In this document: piece after piece, positions 13,301 to 23,351 of the stretch | Numbering within the stretch: the stretch's first letter is position 1 | How the letters are laid out: every line of letters begins with the position of its first letter | The notes under the pieces: model-generated | Told to the model about the DNA's origin: nothing | What the model saw: the letters and a program-made list of their open reading frames with translations, nothing else | Database searches by the model: none | Assembly: GCA_036172245.1 (NCBI GenBank) | Contig: JAYWIR010000033.1 | Coordinates: 310,001-374,000, forward strand | Length of the DNA stretch: 64,000 nucleotides | DNA from: Raillietiella orientalis | Lineage: Eukaryota | Direction: 5' to 3' | Translations under genes and position numbers: made by a program

Positions 13301-14040
13301 AAGAAAGGTTTGACTGCAAGAACGGATGTTGCAAGCATCCTTCTGTGCGCTTCGTCCACTTTTCTCCCTCTAAATTTTTTGGGCTCACTTTTTTCGCTGA
13401 AACGAAGTTGTGAACGGAGAGAGGCACATCGGGTAAGCCGTTGATTACTACTGGTACTATTAGGATATGAAAAGTTTGATTGCGGAAATACTGCGTGCTA
13501 ATGAAAAGTGAGTTCGATGCAGGGAGAAGGAAAAAGGGTTCAAAGATGAAAACAAGCCTAGGTGTGATAAATAAAAGCGTAAAGATATGGTACGCTGCTT
13601 AGATATTTGCTCAAGGTCTTTCCCTGAAGATTATCATAGGGATGCTTCCATGCTAAACGAAGAAGTAAACCAGGTAAAACCTTGGTATCATTCTGGCACT
13701 TGAGCAGCGAGGGAAGCATAAAGGTGACACTGCGTTCGAAAAATATGCTTCGTTGCTTCGAGGATTAGGAACATTCCTATGATTGCGTTTATACAACTAC
13801 TGTGGTTATGCTTTCCTCCGAGCTGATTTAGCTGCATAAAAAAATTTTTTCTTCAGAGCTAAGCAAAACCACAAATAAATCTTCGAGAATGATATTGTGA
13901 ATTTATTGATGATCAAAATGAATGATAATGTATCGCATCAGATGGCGCGGTGTTGTGGACAGTGAATGGAATGGTTTTTTCGAGAGCAACCTTAGAAAGA
14001 GTCTCTTCCTTGTTCGCTAATTCAATCGTTTATCCGAAAA
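8880..14040. repeat. Inverted segmental duplication, copy 1 (partner ~36410-41370)
   Basis: Colinear reverse-complement similarity throughout, e.g. 11390-11525 vs 39000-39135. Both copies share the same EN-to-thumb deletion junction (GDFNVRSRGFL / KDFNVHAQGFL). Confidence 0.9.
11737..12143 (-). CDS. Putative small secreted Cys-rich protein, 3 exons (12143-12132, 12094-11873, 11826-11737); exon-1 ATG absent in this copy
   Basis: GT-AG introns of 37 nt (12131-12095) and 46 nt (11872-11827) at identical positions in the paralog. Spliced product: WLLMVMAVLCLEINNAERN...GPCSF...QCDVSW...SCSVAVT/SSYGSPLNVTIYATLLKGPCNCTVSPQIK*. Hydrophobic N-terminus; 5 mature Cys conserved with the paralog. Confidence 0.7.
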
Positions 14041-14041
14041 C

Positions 14042-14090
14042 TTAATCATCCCGGCAAGAGCGCAGAGAAAACACGTCCGCACGTCTCCCG
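14042..14090 (-). promoter_or_regulatory. Isolated LINE 5'-end stub with GGACGTGTTTT motif
   Basis: Minus strand GTGCGGACGTGTTTTCTC matches the 5' ends at 19335, 43647 and 62219. Confidence 0.5.
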
Positions 14091-16780
14091 CTCGCAAGAG
14101 CACCACCGGAACGGGACGTCCGACAACTCCAACTACCGGAAGGTGCTAAAGCGATGTGGGAGGAGGAGAGAAAGTACCTCGACGAGCCTTTCACGATGGG
14201 CGAGATCACCTCGGCCATCGAAAAGCTCAAAAGGCGCAAGGCTCCATGGCAGGACTGCCTGCGCGTGGGTTTCTAATAAACTTTCGCTTCATAGCTAACT
14301 TCATTGGTACATCAACTTGCCTTGCTGCTCCGCGAAACCGATAACGTTCCCGCCTCGCTTTGCTAGGAATAGGTGTGGATCCTACCTTCGAGAGGAGACC
14401 TTAGGAGGATGAACAACTGGAGTCTCATCACAATAGTGAATGCGGATGCCAAGTTGATAGCTAAGGTTTGGGCTGAGCGCTTGGGACGGGTTGCAAACGC
14501 CTTCATCAGCCCGAAACAGACGTATGCTGTTCCGGGGCGAAGCATGGAGGCGAACCTGTTCCACGCTTCCACCTGGCTAGAGCTCCAACACGAAAGGGGC
14601 TTGATGCGCACCGGGAATTCCGGTGAGTCCGTCAGTCATGCGACGGATGGTCGGGTAAGGTAGGAAGCCCTTGAGGTGGCTGTCGACTTCCGTAAAGCAT
14701 TCGACAGCGTAGACCAGAATCTACTGTTGGAGCTTCTAGAACGTTTTCGCTTCCCCGACTCCTTGTTGGTCTGCCTGCGCTCCAGCTTGCGCGATTTGCT
14801 TATTAACGTCTTTTTCAGCGGGCATACCGTGCACTGCGTTCCGGTGCGCGCGGCATACGGTAGGGAGAGCCTGAGCCCCTCGCTCTTCTGCGCCTAATTC
14901 GAATTGGTGCTGAGAGCGTACAGGGAGACTCTGGCGCACCTGCCGCGCGATTGTCCCGGTACGCCTGCGGTTTCGGCATACCCGAACGTTCTTCTGCTGC
15001 TGCTCCCTATGTCCATCCCGGCTTCGGAGGTCGAGGAGTTCCTGGACTTCCTTTTAAGGGAACAGGACTAACGGCGAACAGGGAGAAGTCGTCCGTACTG
15101 CCAGTCGGAGCGGCGTGTTTAGGGAAGCAGGATTCGGTCCGCTTGGGGATCTTCACAATGAGGTACTTCAAGTACCTGCGTGTGCCGTTGAATGATTATC
15201 TCCCTGCGGATGAGTGGTGGAGATGCCTTGAGAAAATGCAGACGGCGATCGGCCCTTTCCAGGACTGCAGATTTTTCCTAAGGAACGGACCGCAGTGTGG
15301 TCTGCGTTTGTGACCGACCATCTTCGCCCCTTGCTCTTGTTTGTGCTTCCTCAGCGGAGTTCAGGAAGAGGATGAAGGACCTCCTCCGTATCGCCCTTTG
15401 GGGTACAGGAAAGCTCCCAGTCCGTCTAGTGGACTTGTGCGCTTTACATCGGGACGGTGGTCTTCGCTTCCTGACGCTGAAGCTGCTTTAACTTCAGCTC
15501 CAGTTCAAAGTACCGGTCTTTATGGCTAGAAATCAGAACACTTTCTGGTGTAACCCCGTACGTCTCCTTGTCGAGCAGGCTGCCAGCAACGGGGTGTTTG
15601 CATCCTACCTTGCACTCCGACGCCCCATCTGCTCATGCAGACTCCAGTTTCGGAGGGCGGTAAAACTCCCAAAGAGGAACACGGAATGGATCTCCATACG
15701 CCCTGCGAACGGTACTACCTGGCTACAAGAAACCGTTCACACATAGGCGATGATTCAGGAGCAAAGCCTGCAACACGAGCGAATAGCTCTGTTCCGGCCG
15801 CACGACCACCGCACGCTGCAAGAAATCGTCGAGGATCAATGAAGGAGAGCTTTGGCAAAAAGAACCTTCCTTGATGCGTCACTGCCTATCCTATATAAAC
15901 ATCTGAGCAGCGACGTGGAGGCAGAATGGGAGGTTAACTTCGAAATCGTCGACAGGGAAAAGAAGATCGGGAATTGGAGAACGGGCCAGCTGACCAACAC
16001 TAATACCCCGAGTACCACCCCACACGAACTCTTGCGCTGATGTGAGCTACTGGATGTTCCGGAGGAACATCTCCAGTGGCTTCCGATGCTCATGGACTCG
16101 CGCACCCTCCCTATGAAGTGGCAACAGTCGGCACTCCTGTTGTTGCATAGGAGCCTCCCTTGCAACTCCTACCGAAACCACTCAACGCAAGGGGGTGTCA
16201 ACCCCAGTTGTGTCATGTGGGGGCAGACGGAATACCTTCTTTACCAGTTAGTGGATTGTGTTGCCCTTCGTCTTTTGTGAAAAGGCTTTGCCGTAGCCCT
16301 GGGTATTCCCGGAGACTACCCTAGAAACGCCTTGCCACCCCTCTTCGTCCGAAACGCCCTGCCTCCAGCGGCCTCGCTTGCAGCCCTGTGCTGCCTACGC
16401 GGGATCGTCGTGGCAAGGAACAAAGTGACGAGAGGATCGAGCAAAAGGGATGCCACCGTGTACGCTGCCCGGTTCCTGAGGATGGCGAAGCGGTGGGCCC
16501 ATCTGACATTTTCCATCCAGCAACAGCTTGCCGGCATCCTTCAGCGGATGACGGACCCTCCCAGCAGGCAGTGATCCATTTCCGTTCCCTCAACAGTTTT
16601 TTTTTTTCTTAATTTTTTTTTTGTTTGATTCCTATCCCCTCTGTTGCCGAGGTTGTTTGCATCGGTGTGCACACCGGTATCCCGACCGGCCGCAAGTTTC
16701 TATGACGTGGCTGGACTACAGGTCCAGTCACAGATCATAGAAGTTTGTTCGAAAGAATAAACGCCCCAGAGCAACCAAGT
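14090..16780 (+). mobile_element. Decayed LINE: EN-RT linker, RT, C-terminus and 3' end
   Basis: LDEPFT..EITSAI, NNWSLITIVNADAK, AVDFRKAFDSVD and LPMKWQQSALL motifs. Terminal motif at 16756-16780. Confidence 0.85.
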
Positions 16781-16799
16781 TTCAAGATAAACTCCGGCG

Positions 16800-17128
16800 C
16801 GTGATGTGTCTCAGGAATTCGCGATGTTCCTTCGCACCTGAGAGTCGTTTTCAGACCCCCGGCAGACGTCACTCTTCGGATGGCGGTCCCTTGTCACGCA
16901 GGCAAATCTCGAGAAGAGGCTAGAAATGGTCTGACAGCTTTGTCTCAATTTTCCCTCGTTTGCCGACCCGTGAACAGAGGTCAACGTTGAGGAAGACGTG
17001 ATCGACGCTGTGGTCTATTCCCTCTGCGCCTTCGAAGAAGTTGCGCGCGCATGGCGGTGCACAACTCGTTCTTCGTGTACTCCTCGGTTTTTGGTTCCTT
17101 TGAGAGCAGGATGAGATTAAGGATTATC
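16800..17128 (+). mobile_element. Probable LINE ORF1 remnant
   Basis: VNVEEDVIDAVVYSLCAFEEVARAWR resembles IEPKISDRDVVSVLAKFGKVHALWR of 58722..59087. Confidence 0.4.
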
Positions 17129-19323
17129 ACCCGGTCACGTCTGGACGTTTATTTTTAATAAACCGGTAGGCAACAATGTACCCAACCAACAAACCGACAG
17201 CAAACAGAGAGAAATTACCGGCACGCAGGCCTGGTAAACAAACCGCTCGCAACACAGGAGGAGTAAAGGAATAACAACACAAAAATACAAAAACTGGAGG
17301 GAAGGGTAATGAGTCTGTGGTGAGGCTCCGTACTCACGGGGATTCAAACGAGAAACACCTGGAATGTTACGAAGCCTATGAGGACGCAGGTGGAAAAAGA
17401 AAATACAAAAATGAGTTCATTGAGGGTAGGGCAATGATCACGGGTTGGCCGCTGCTGAGCGTGTGCAAACTGGCGGTGTATTTCGGAGAGATCCCTTGTT
17501 GACTCCTCTGTCAAATAAGGCCATCAGGCAGCTACTTCCAGATAGGAGCATGCTTTGCCGATTACTTCTCGGTGTTGCCCGTTGATTACTAACGCCTGGC
17601 GGACTGAAACTATCGCGCGTATGCAAGCGATGGTTGCAATCCTTGCGCTTAGGGACAGCCCGCTCGGCGTGAAGAATCGTCGCAGCAAGTCTCTTGCGGT
17701 TTCCACGGGATGCATTAGTGCTGTTACCAGCCTACGCCACGGTCCTTGTAGGACACCGCTGTCCAGAAGTAGGTGCAATATCGACTCCGTCGACCCGCAC
17801 CGAAAGCAGTTGTCAGATGGATGTCCCCCTGAGTCTCGATGCCAACGCTCGTTACACTGAAAACCCCAGTGAACGAAAAGCAGCACGGCTTGTTTCCAAG
17901 CAAGGGAATGCAGCGAACTGTCAACACTGTGAAGGGACTACAAGTTCTACGGGGATGACACCAAGTTCTTCTGCCCACCGGAGGAGTCCCTTTGCAGTAG
18001 AACAAGAAATGGCGGCGTCCGCCAACTCACTCGTCTTCCATGCGCCAAGGAGTTTCGTTATTTTTGCTATCGTGCACGTTACCTCCCACCTCGCCGGTTG
18101 AAAACTGTCGTTTCTTACCCTGAGGGCAGACAGCAATGCGGCGAGAGACTTGGCAGCCAGGGTAGAAAACTGCACCTGGTCCTGCAGTACATCTTCAAAA
18201 GATCGCAAAAGAGGATCGCGCAGGGAGCGAAAATCTTCAGGGCGGATTCCTTGGAACACCGCCCAGGATTCGACAGACTCCTGCCGCCAAGATTCGAAGT
18301 TCATTGGGCGGCATAAGATCCACGGACGGGCTTCCAGAAGTGTGGTCAACTGCCGCAATGGAAACTTAAAACCTCGCTTCCTGTATTAGGTGTTCGGCAA
18401 AAGCAAGAGCAGTCCTCTGCTGCCGGCGCATCTCTCCAGAAGAAAGTGTGCAGGCACACACAAAAGGGATGTCCATAGCTGAGCACACAATGCCAGCACC
18501 CGGAACTGCACCTTTAGTTTGATTCGCTCCAAAGTCAGGATGCCCAAACTAGCATCCCGACGTGGAGTTGCCAAATTTTTCAGGAGGATCCTGGATCTCT
18601 TTGGTCCCTAGAGGGCGTTTCTGAGCTAAAGTTTAGCCCGCTCTTTCGCCGCTTAAGGGAATTTCAAAACAATGAACAGGGAACGCAGGAGGGGAGCCAC
18701 AAATGTATTCCAAATAGCTGCCCGTTCATGCAAGGGAAAGTTGCCATCAAGGAACGGGCTAGCGGACAACTCTGCTTTTCGAAGACAGTCCGTCGACGTT
18801 TCGACAGCGCCGATAGCGCATAACGGAACAACCAGGTACTTAAATTTCCGACATGTGTGATTCCCCAGTCGGATCCAATCGGACTACCCTCCCACGACAC
18901 ACCCACAGGAACGACCACGCTTTTTTCTCTGTTGACGTTCACGCCCACTCCCCGACGAATCAGGTCGAAGAAATCTTCGACACTGTACGCTGGGATGGAC
19001 ATGGGGAGCAGAAGAAGCAGGTTATCAGCGTAGGCGGCCACGGCAAGCGTTCCCGGGCAGGAGCTTGGCAATTCAGATAGCGTCAGCCTGTATGCTCTCA
19101 GCACCAATTCAAAGACGACGCTAAAGAGTAACGGTGTTAGGCTATCACCTTGCCGAATGCCCCTACGCAACGAGATACCGTACACGCGGCAGACGCTGGA
19201 AGTAATATAGGTTAGCGCGTGGCTCCAGCCAGCGCGCAAGTAAATAAGGAGATGCGCCGGAAATCCAAGGCATTCCAAAAGCTCCAAAAGAAGCCACTGG
19301 TTTACGCAGTGAAACGTCTTGCG
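17129..19323 (-). mobile_element. LINE Z, 3' half (RT from the KAFD motif to the 3' end)
   Basis: ORF 18664..19287 has GIRQGDSLTPLLF and AAYADNLL; CFRCGSTESILHLLLD zinc finger. Terminal motif at 17153-17129. Confidence 0.85.
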
Positions 19324-19417
19324 TGCTCCAGGGTGGACGTGTTTTCTCGGTGCTTTTTTTGCCAGGAAGTCCCCCCTAGTGCTAGCGTCGTGTGGTTTGG
19401 TGGTCGATCAGGCAGCG

Positions 19418-20551
19418 ATGCCTGACGCGACCACCAGGGATGGCCAGGGGGCAGCGGAAACGCCGCCTTCAGAGGCGATGGAGAGCAAGGGGGCGGCGGC
19501 AACTTCGCTTCCAGAGGCGATGGAGGTAGGGGCATCCTCCCCCACAGAATCGGTCTTCGCTGCAGCGCGGGCGTGGAGTGCCGTTGTGTTGGCGCCATCG
19601 CCTGCAGCCGCGGCGGAATTGTCGGCCTATGTAAAGAAGGGGTACAACCCCTCATTGTTCTACAAGGTAGGCAATCTCTATTCTTTAGAGAGCGCGCGCG
19701 CCTTTTCGAAGGGCATGCGCGCTCTCGATGTGAAAGAGGAGGAGCTCAGCGCTATGACCATCCGCAGCGGGAGTCAGTACGTTAAGGTCATCTGCAAACA
19801 TGCAAAGCTTGCCCAACGACTGCTTAAAACTTCCGTTGTGATGGAGACGCGTAGGCTACTCCTTACGGCAGACCGCAGCATGGTGGTCCACCTGTTAGGC
19901 GTAACCGCGCGGATGCGCAAGGAACAGGTTTGCGCCGCGTTGGAGGAATACGGAACGGTCCAGATGCAGTGGACGAAAGTTAGTACCTTCGAGGACTACA
20001 CAAGGCTGCAACACGGCCTCACGGCTGCGCGCGTGACCGTTCGGGAGGGCTGCACTCTCCCCCACAAACTGGTGGTCGAAGGCGAAACCGTCGACCTCTG
20101 GTATGTGGGGAAGCCGAAATCCTGTGGCTTCTGCAATACGTCGGGCCACCTCAAAAAGAGGTGTCCCAATGTGCAGTGCCAAGTATGCGGAACCATGAGA
20201 CACACGAGGGAGGTGTGCCCTAAAGCAGCAGTGCGGGTGGTTTCCAAGAGAAACCTTAAAAAACATGCCCGGCTTCTGCAGAAAAACCTGGCAGCGAAAG
20301 CTGCCGCGAAGGCTGTGCCACCCGCGCCCAAGGCCCAGGCCGCACCCGAGACCCCGGCGAACAACGCCGAACAAGTCAAGGGAACTAGGCGGAAGCCTGG
20401 GTGGCAGGTGGCTACGGCCAAAAAATCAAAGAAGGAGAGGAGGATTGAGAAAAAGCTCGCGTACCGCCAGAAAAATGAGCAGGCAAGCGAGCAAATTAAA
20501 GAATGCAGCGTTCTCGTTTATTACCCGGTTGCGACGGGACGTTTATTATAA
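19418..20551 (+). CDS. LINE ORF1 gag-like nucleic-acid-binding protein, open but truncated by the X insertion
   Basis: ATG MPDATT at 19418. Two knuckles CGFCNTSGHLKKRC and CQVCGTMRHTREVC, then a basic tail. Confidence 0.85.
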   Translation: MPDATTRDGQGAAETPPSEAMESKGAAATSLPEAMEVGASSPTESVFAAARAWSAVVLAPSPAAAAELSAYVKKGYNPSLFYKVGNLYSLESARAFSKGMRALDVKEEELSAMTIRSGSQYVKVICKHAKLAQRLLKTSVVMETRRLLLTADRSMVVHLLGVTARMRKEQVCAALEEYGTVQMQWTKVSTFEDYTRLQHGLTAARVTVREGCTLPHKLVVEGETVDLWYVGKPKSCGFCNTSGHLKKRCPNVQCQVCGTMRHTREVCPKAAVRVVSKRNLKKHARLLQKNLAAKAAAKAVPPAPKAQAAPETPANNAEQVKGTRRKPGWQVATAKKSKKERRIEKKLAYRQKNEQASEQIKECSVLVYYPVATGRLL

Positions 20552-22100
20552 TGTCAACTGGGAACTGTGTTCCCAGGCAAGGGGAACAGAAAATGGGGAG
20601 TAGATTTCCCGGAACGCAGTCCGGGCACACTGAGAGTTCGGAACGGGAGGGGGTGGAACAATAAATAAATAAATTGGTTGGGAGGGCAAGGACAGGGGTG
20701 AACAGTCTAACCGTTCCTATTCTCAGAACCGGCGGTGAATGCCGCCGATCTCCATCCTCACTTCTGCTCCAAGATGTGGCCAGCCGGCAGCCATTTGCAG
20801 GTTGCAGGCTGCGGTGTCGGGGACCGATGTTGGGACTCCTCGCATCTGCAATACGTGGCGGGCCCTGGCAATGGCGCGGACGCAGCAGATGATTGCCACG
20901 ACCGCTCCAAGAGAAAGTCCGCCACGCGTATAGAAGCGGCGCATCCAATCTAGTGAGGTGTGTTCGGGGTACAGGAGCGCTGAAGACAGCCGCTGCCACA
21001 GCTCCTGGAGGGCACCGCACTCAAACAGGAAATGCGGAAGCGATTCCACCGCTCCGCATTTGGCACAGTTCGGGGACGCAATTCCCCGGAAATCAGGTGC
21101 GCCCGCTGGTTGCAGTACAAACCCAAATGCACCAGCAGAAAAGCGTCCTGCTTCCACCGAAGGGAAAAGAGAGTGGCGTCCAAACATGCAGAAGGGACCA
21201 CGAGTTTATCGGTGGGCACCCGGAGGAGCTCACTCCACCGGAGAAGCCCCATTGCAAGAATGCGAGGTGTGGTAGCGTCTGCGACTTCGCAAGTCCGCCA
21301 GCCGCCCAGCAGTCGGGATTCGCCTGCGATTTCGCAAGTGATCTCCCACCTCGCCGGCAGGTCACTGACATCTCGCACCATCAGTGCACACAGTGCTTCG
21401 GCGAGTGGCGTAGCGGCTGGTCGTGTTCACTGGTCCTGGTCTTCCAGTACCTCCCCCACTGGACAGTATGGGGAAAGTTTTACGCAACGGAGTTCCAAAC
21501 GGGACACATCCTGTTGCGCTGCCGAGGACGATAAGGCTTCCGTCCTCCAGGCGTTGAAGTTCGTCGTCCGGCAGGAGATCCACTCATGCTTTCCCAGAAA
21601 GGTGGCGAGCTGGTTCAAAGGGAAGCCGAATCCTCTCTGGGCGCGCTCCGTGCTCGGATGCAACGAACGTAGTCCGTCGCCACCCGTGCTGCGCCGCAGC
21701 AGCAGCCGCGCTGGAGCACACCAGGGAGTAGTCCAGAGCTGCGCACAAAGTGCCAGCATGCGGAACTGCACTGGCAGTCCGATCCGCTCCAGCGTCAGGA
21801 TGCCCAATCCTGCATCCCGCCGAGGAGCCGCCAAGTCCTTCAGGCGTATCCTGGACTTCGCTGTTCCCCACAGGGCGTTACGCAACAGGCGTTGTGCCCG
21901 GCGCTTAGCCGAGTAGGGAGGGAGACAAACAAAAAAGAGGGGACGGAGGAGGGGGGCAACGAAAATGTTCCACACGAAGGCCCGTTCCGACAGGAGAAAC
22001 CTGCCGCCTTGGAACGGGCCCAGAGCAGTCTCGGCCTTGTGAAGGCAGTCCGACCACGCTTCTGATGGACAAAAGGCGCCCAAGGGAACGCCGAGGTGCA
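20518..22100 (-). mobile_element. LINE X, copy 2 (thumb to 3' end)
   Basis: HLGVPLG, CAKCGAVESLPHFLFEC and IGGIHRRF* motifs. Terminal motif at 20547-20523. Confidence 0.9.
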
Positions 22101-23351
22101 CCTGTTGGTGCGTCCCGGCACGTCTTCTTCTCCAGCAAACCACCGAGAAGACGGGACTGACGTCGTTTCTTGCACTCCGTCGCCGCGTCAACCGATGCGG
22201 ACTGCAGCTACAGAGGGTGGCTGCGCTGTACCGAAAAAACCCACGATTGGTAACCTGTCGCCCTTTGAACTGTAGTGCCTGGTTGCAGGAAACCGTTCGA
22301 ACGTGGGGACAGTTCGGCATGGAACGCTCCCAACAGGAACGAAGGTTCCTGTTTGGGGGTTACAGAAGTTGCACGCTATGCCAGATCCTGGAGGATCCAA
22401 AGAAGAGAGCGTGGGCAGGAAGAACCCCCCTCGCTGCTGCGCTGCCCTCCCTGATGGAAGTTCTGGACAGCGATGTTGCGGCGAAGTGGGAGGTTACAGT
22501 AAGAATCCCCGGAAAGAAGAAGAAGATAGGAGAGTGGAAGACGGGTCAGCTGACTGACGCTGCCACCCCGAGTACGCCTTCCCATGGACTTCTTCGCTGG
22601 GGCGTGCTGCTCGACGTTCCCATTGGACGTTTGAAGTGGTCCCCGGTTGTAATGAACAGCTCCACCCTCCCCTTAAAATGGCAGGAGTCGGCTCTCCTGT
22701 TGCAGAACTGGGGAGTCACCTGCAGCGCCAGCGGGCACCACTGGACCTGGGGAGCGGTGGACCCCAATTGCGTCAGGTGAGGGGAACGGGAGTCCTTCCC
22801 CCACCTGCTAGTGGATTGTGTTGCCCTTCGGCCCCTCTAGCTTCGCTTTTTCGCGGCCATCGGAATCCCTTGCGGCAACCCCAGGCACGCACTGAAAGCC
22901 CTATTTGTTGCCGACGCCCTTCGGCCAGCGGCCTCGTTAGCAGCTTTGTGCTACCTACGCGGGATCTTCACCGCTTGGAGCAAGGCTATGGGAGGACAGC
23001 ACGACCAGGGTGCCATCCAGCCAGCCTCCCAGTTCCTGAGGAGAGCGTCGCGATGGCCCCACCTGGATCCAAGCATGCAGCAAGAGCTTACCGGCATCCT
23101 GCAAAGGATGCAACGGTCCCACCAGCTACAGTGATTCCTTCCCGTACCCTCCCAGTTTTTTCTTTTCTTTTTGTTTTGTTTTTTTGTTTTTCCCCTTTTC
23201 CCTTGCTGCCGTGGTGGAACGTACCGGTCTTCGAACCGGTGACCCGGCAGGCTCTGTGTTTCTTCGTGCGTGGCTGCAGCAATGGTCCAGTAACTGAACG
23301 TCTTTGTAAATGTTTATTCAACAGTAAACGCCCCGGCGAAATCCGGGTGAA

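Larger units (their letters stand above)
19324..23348 (+). mobile_element. LINE Y, copy 1: inserted antisense in Z, itself interrupted by X and internally deleted
   Basis: 5' GGACGTG at 19335, ORF1, ORF2 C-terminus 22105-23134 and terminal motif 23323-23348. Flanked by a degenerate direct repeat at 19308-19323 / 23352-23367. Confidence 0.75.

Noticed and set aside
21032..21916. Long ORFs antisense to LINE ORF2 or ORF1 (also 5101..5832, 24184..24864 and others)
   Set aside because: Shadow frames of GC-rich coding sequence with no independent motifs.
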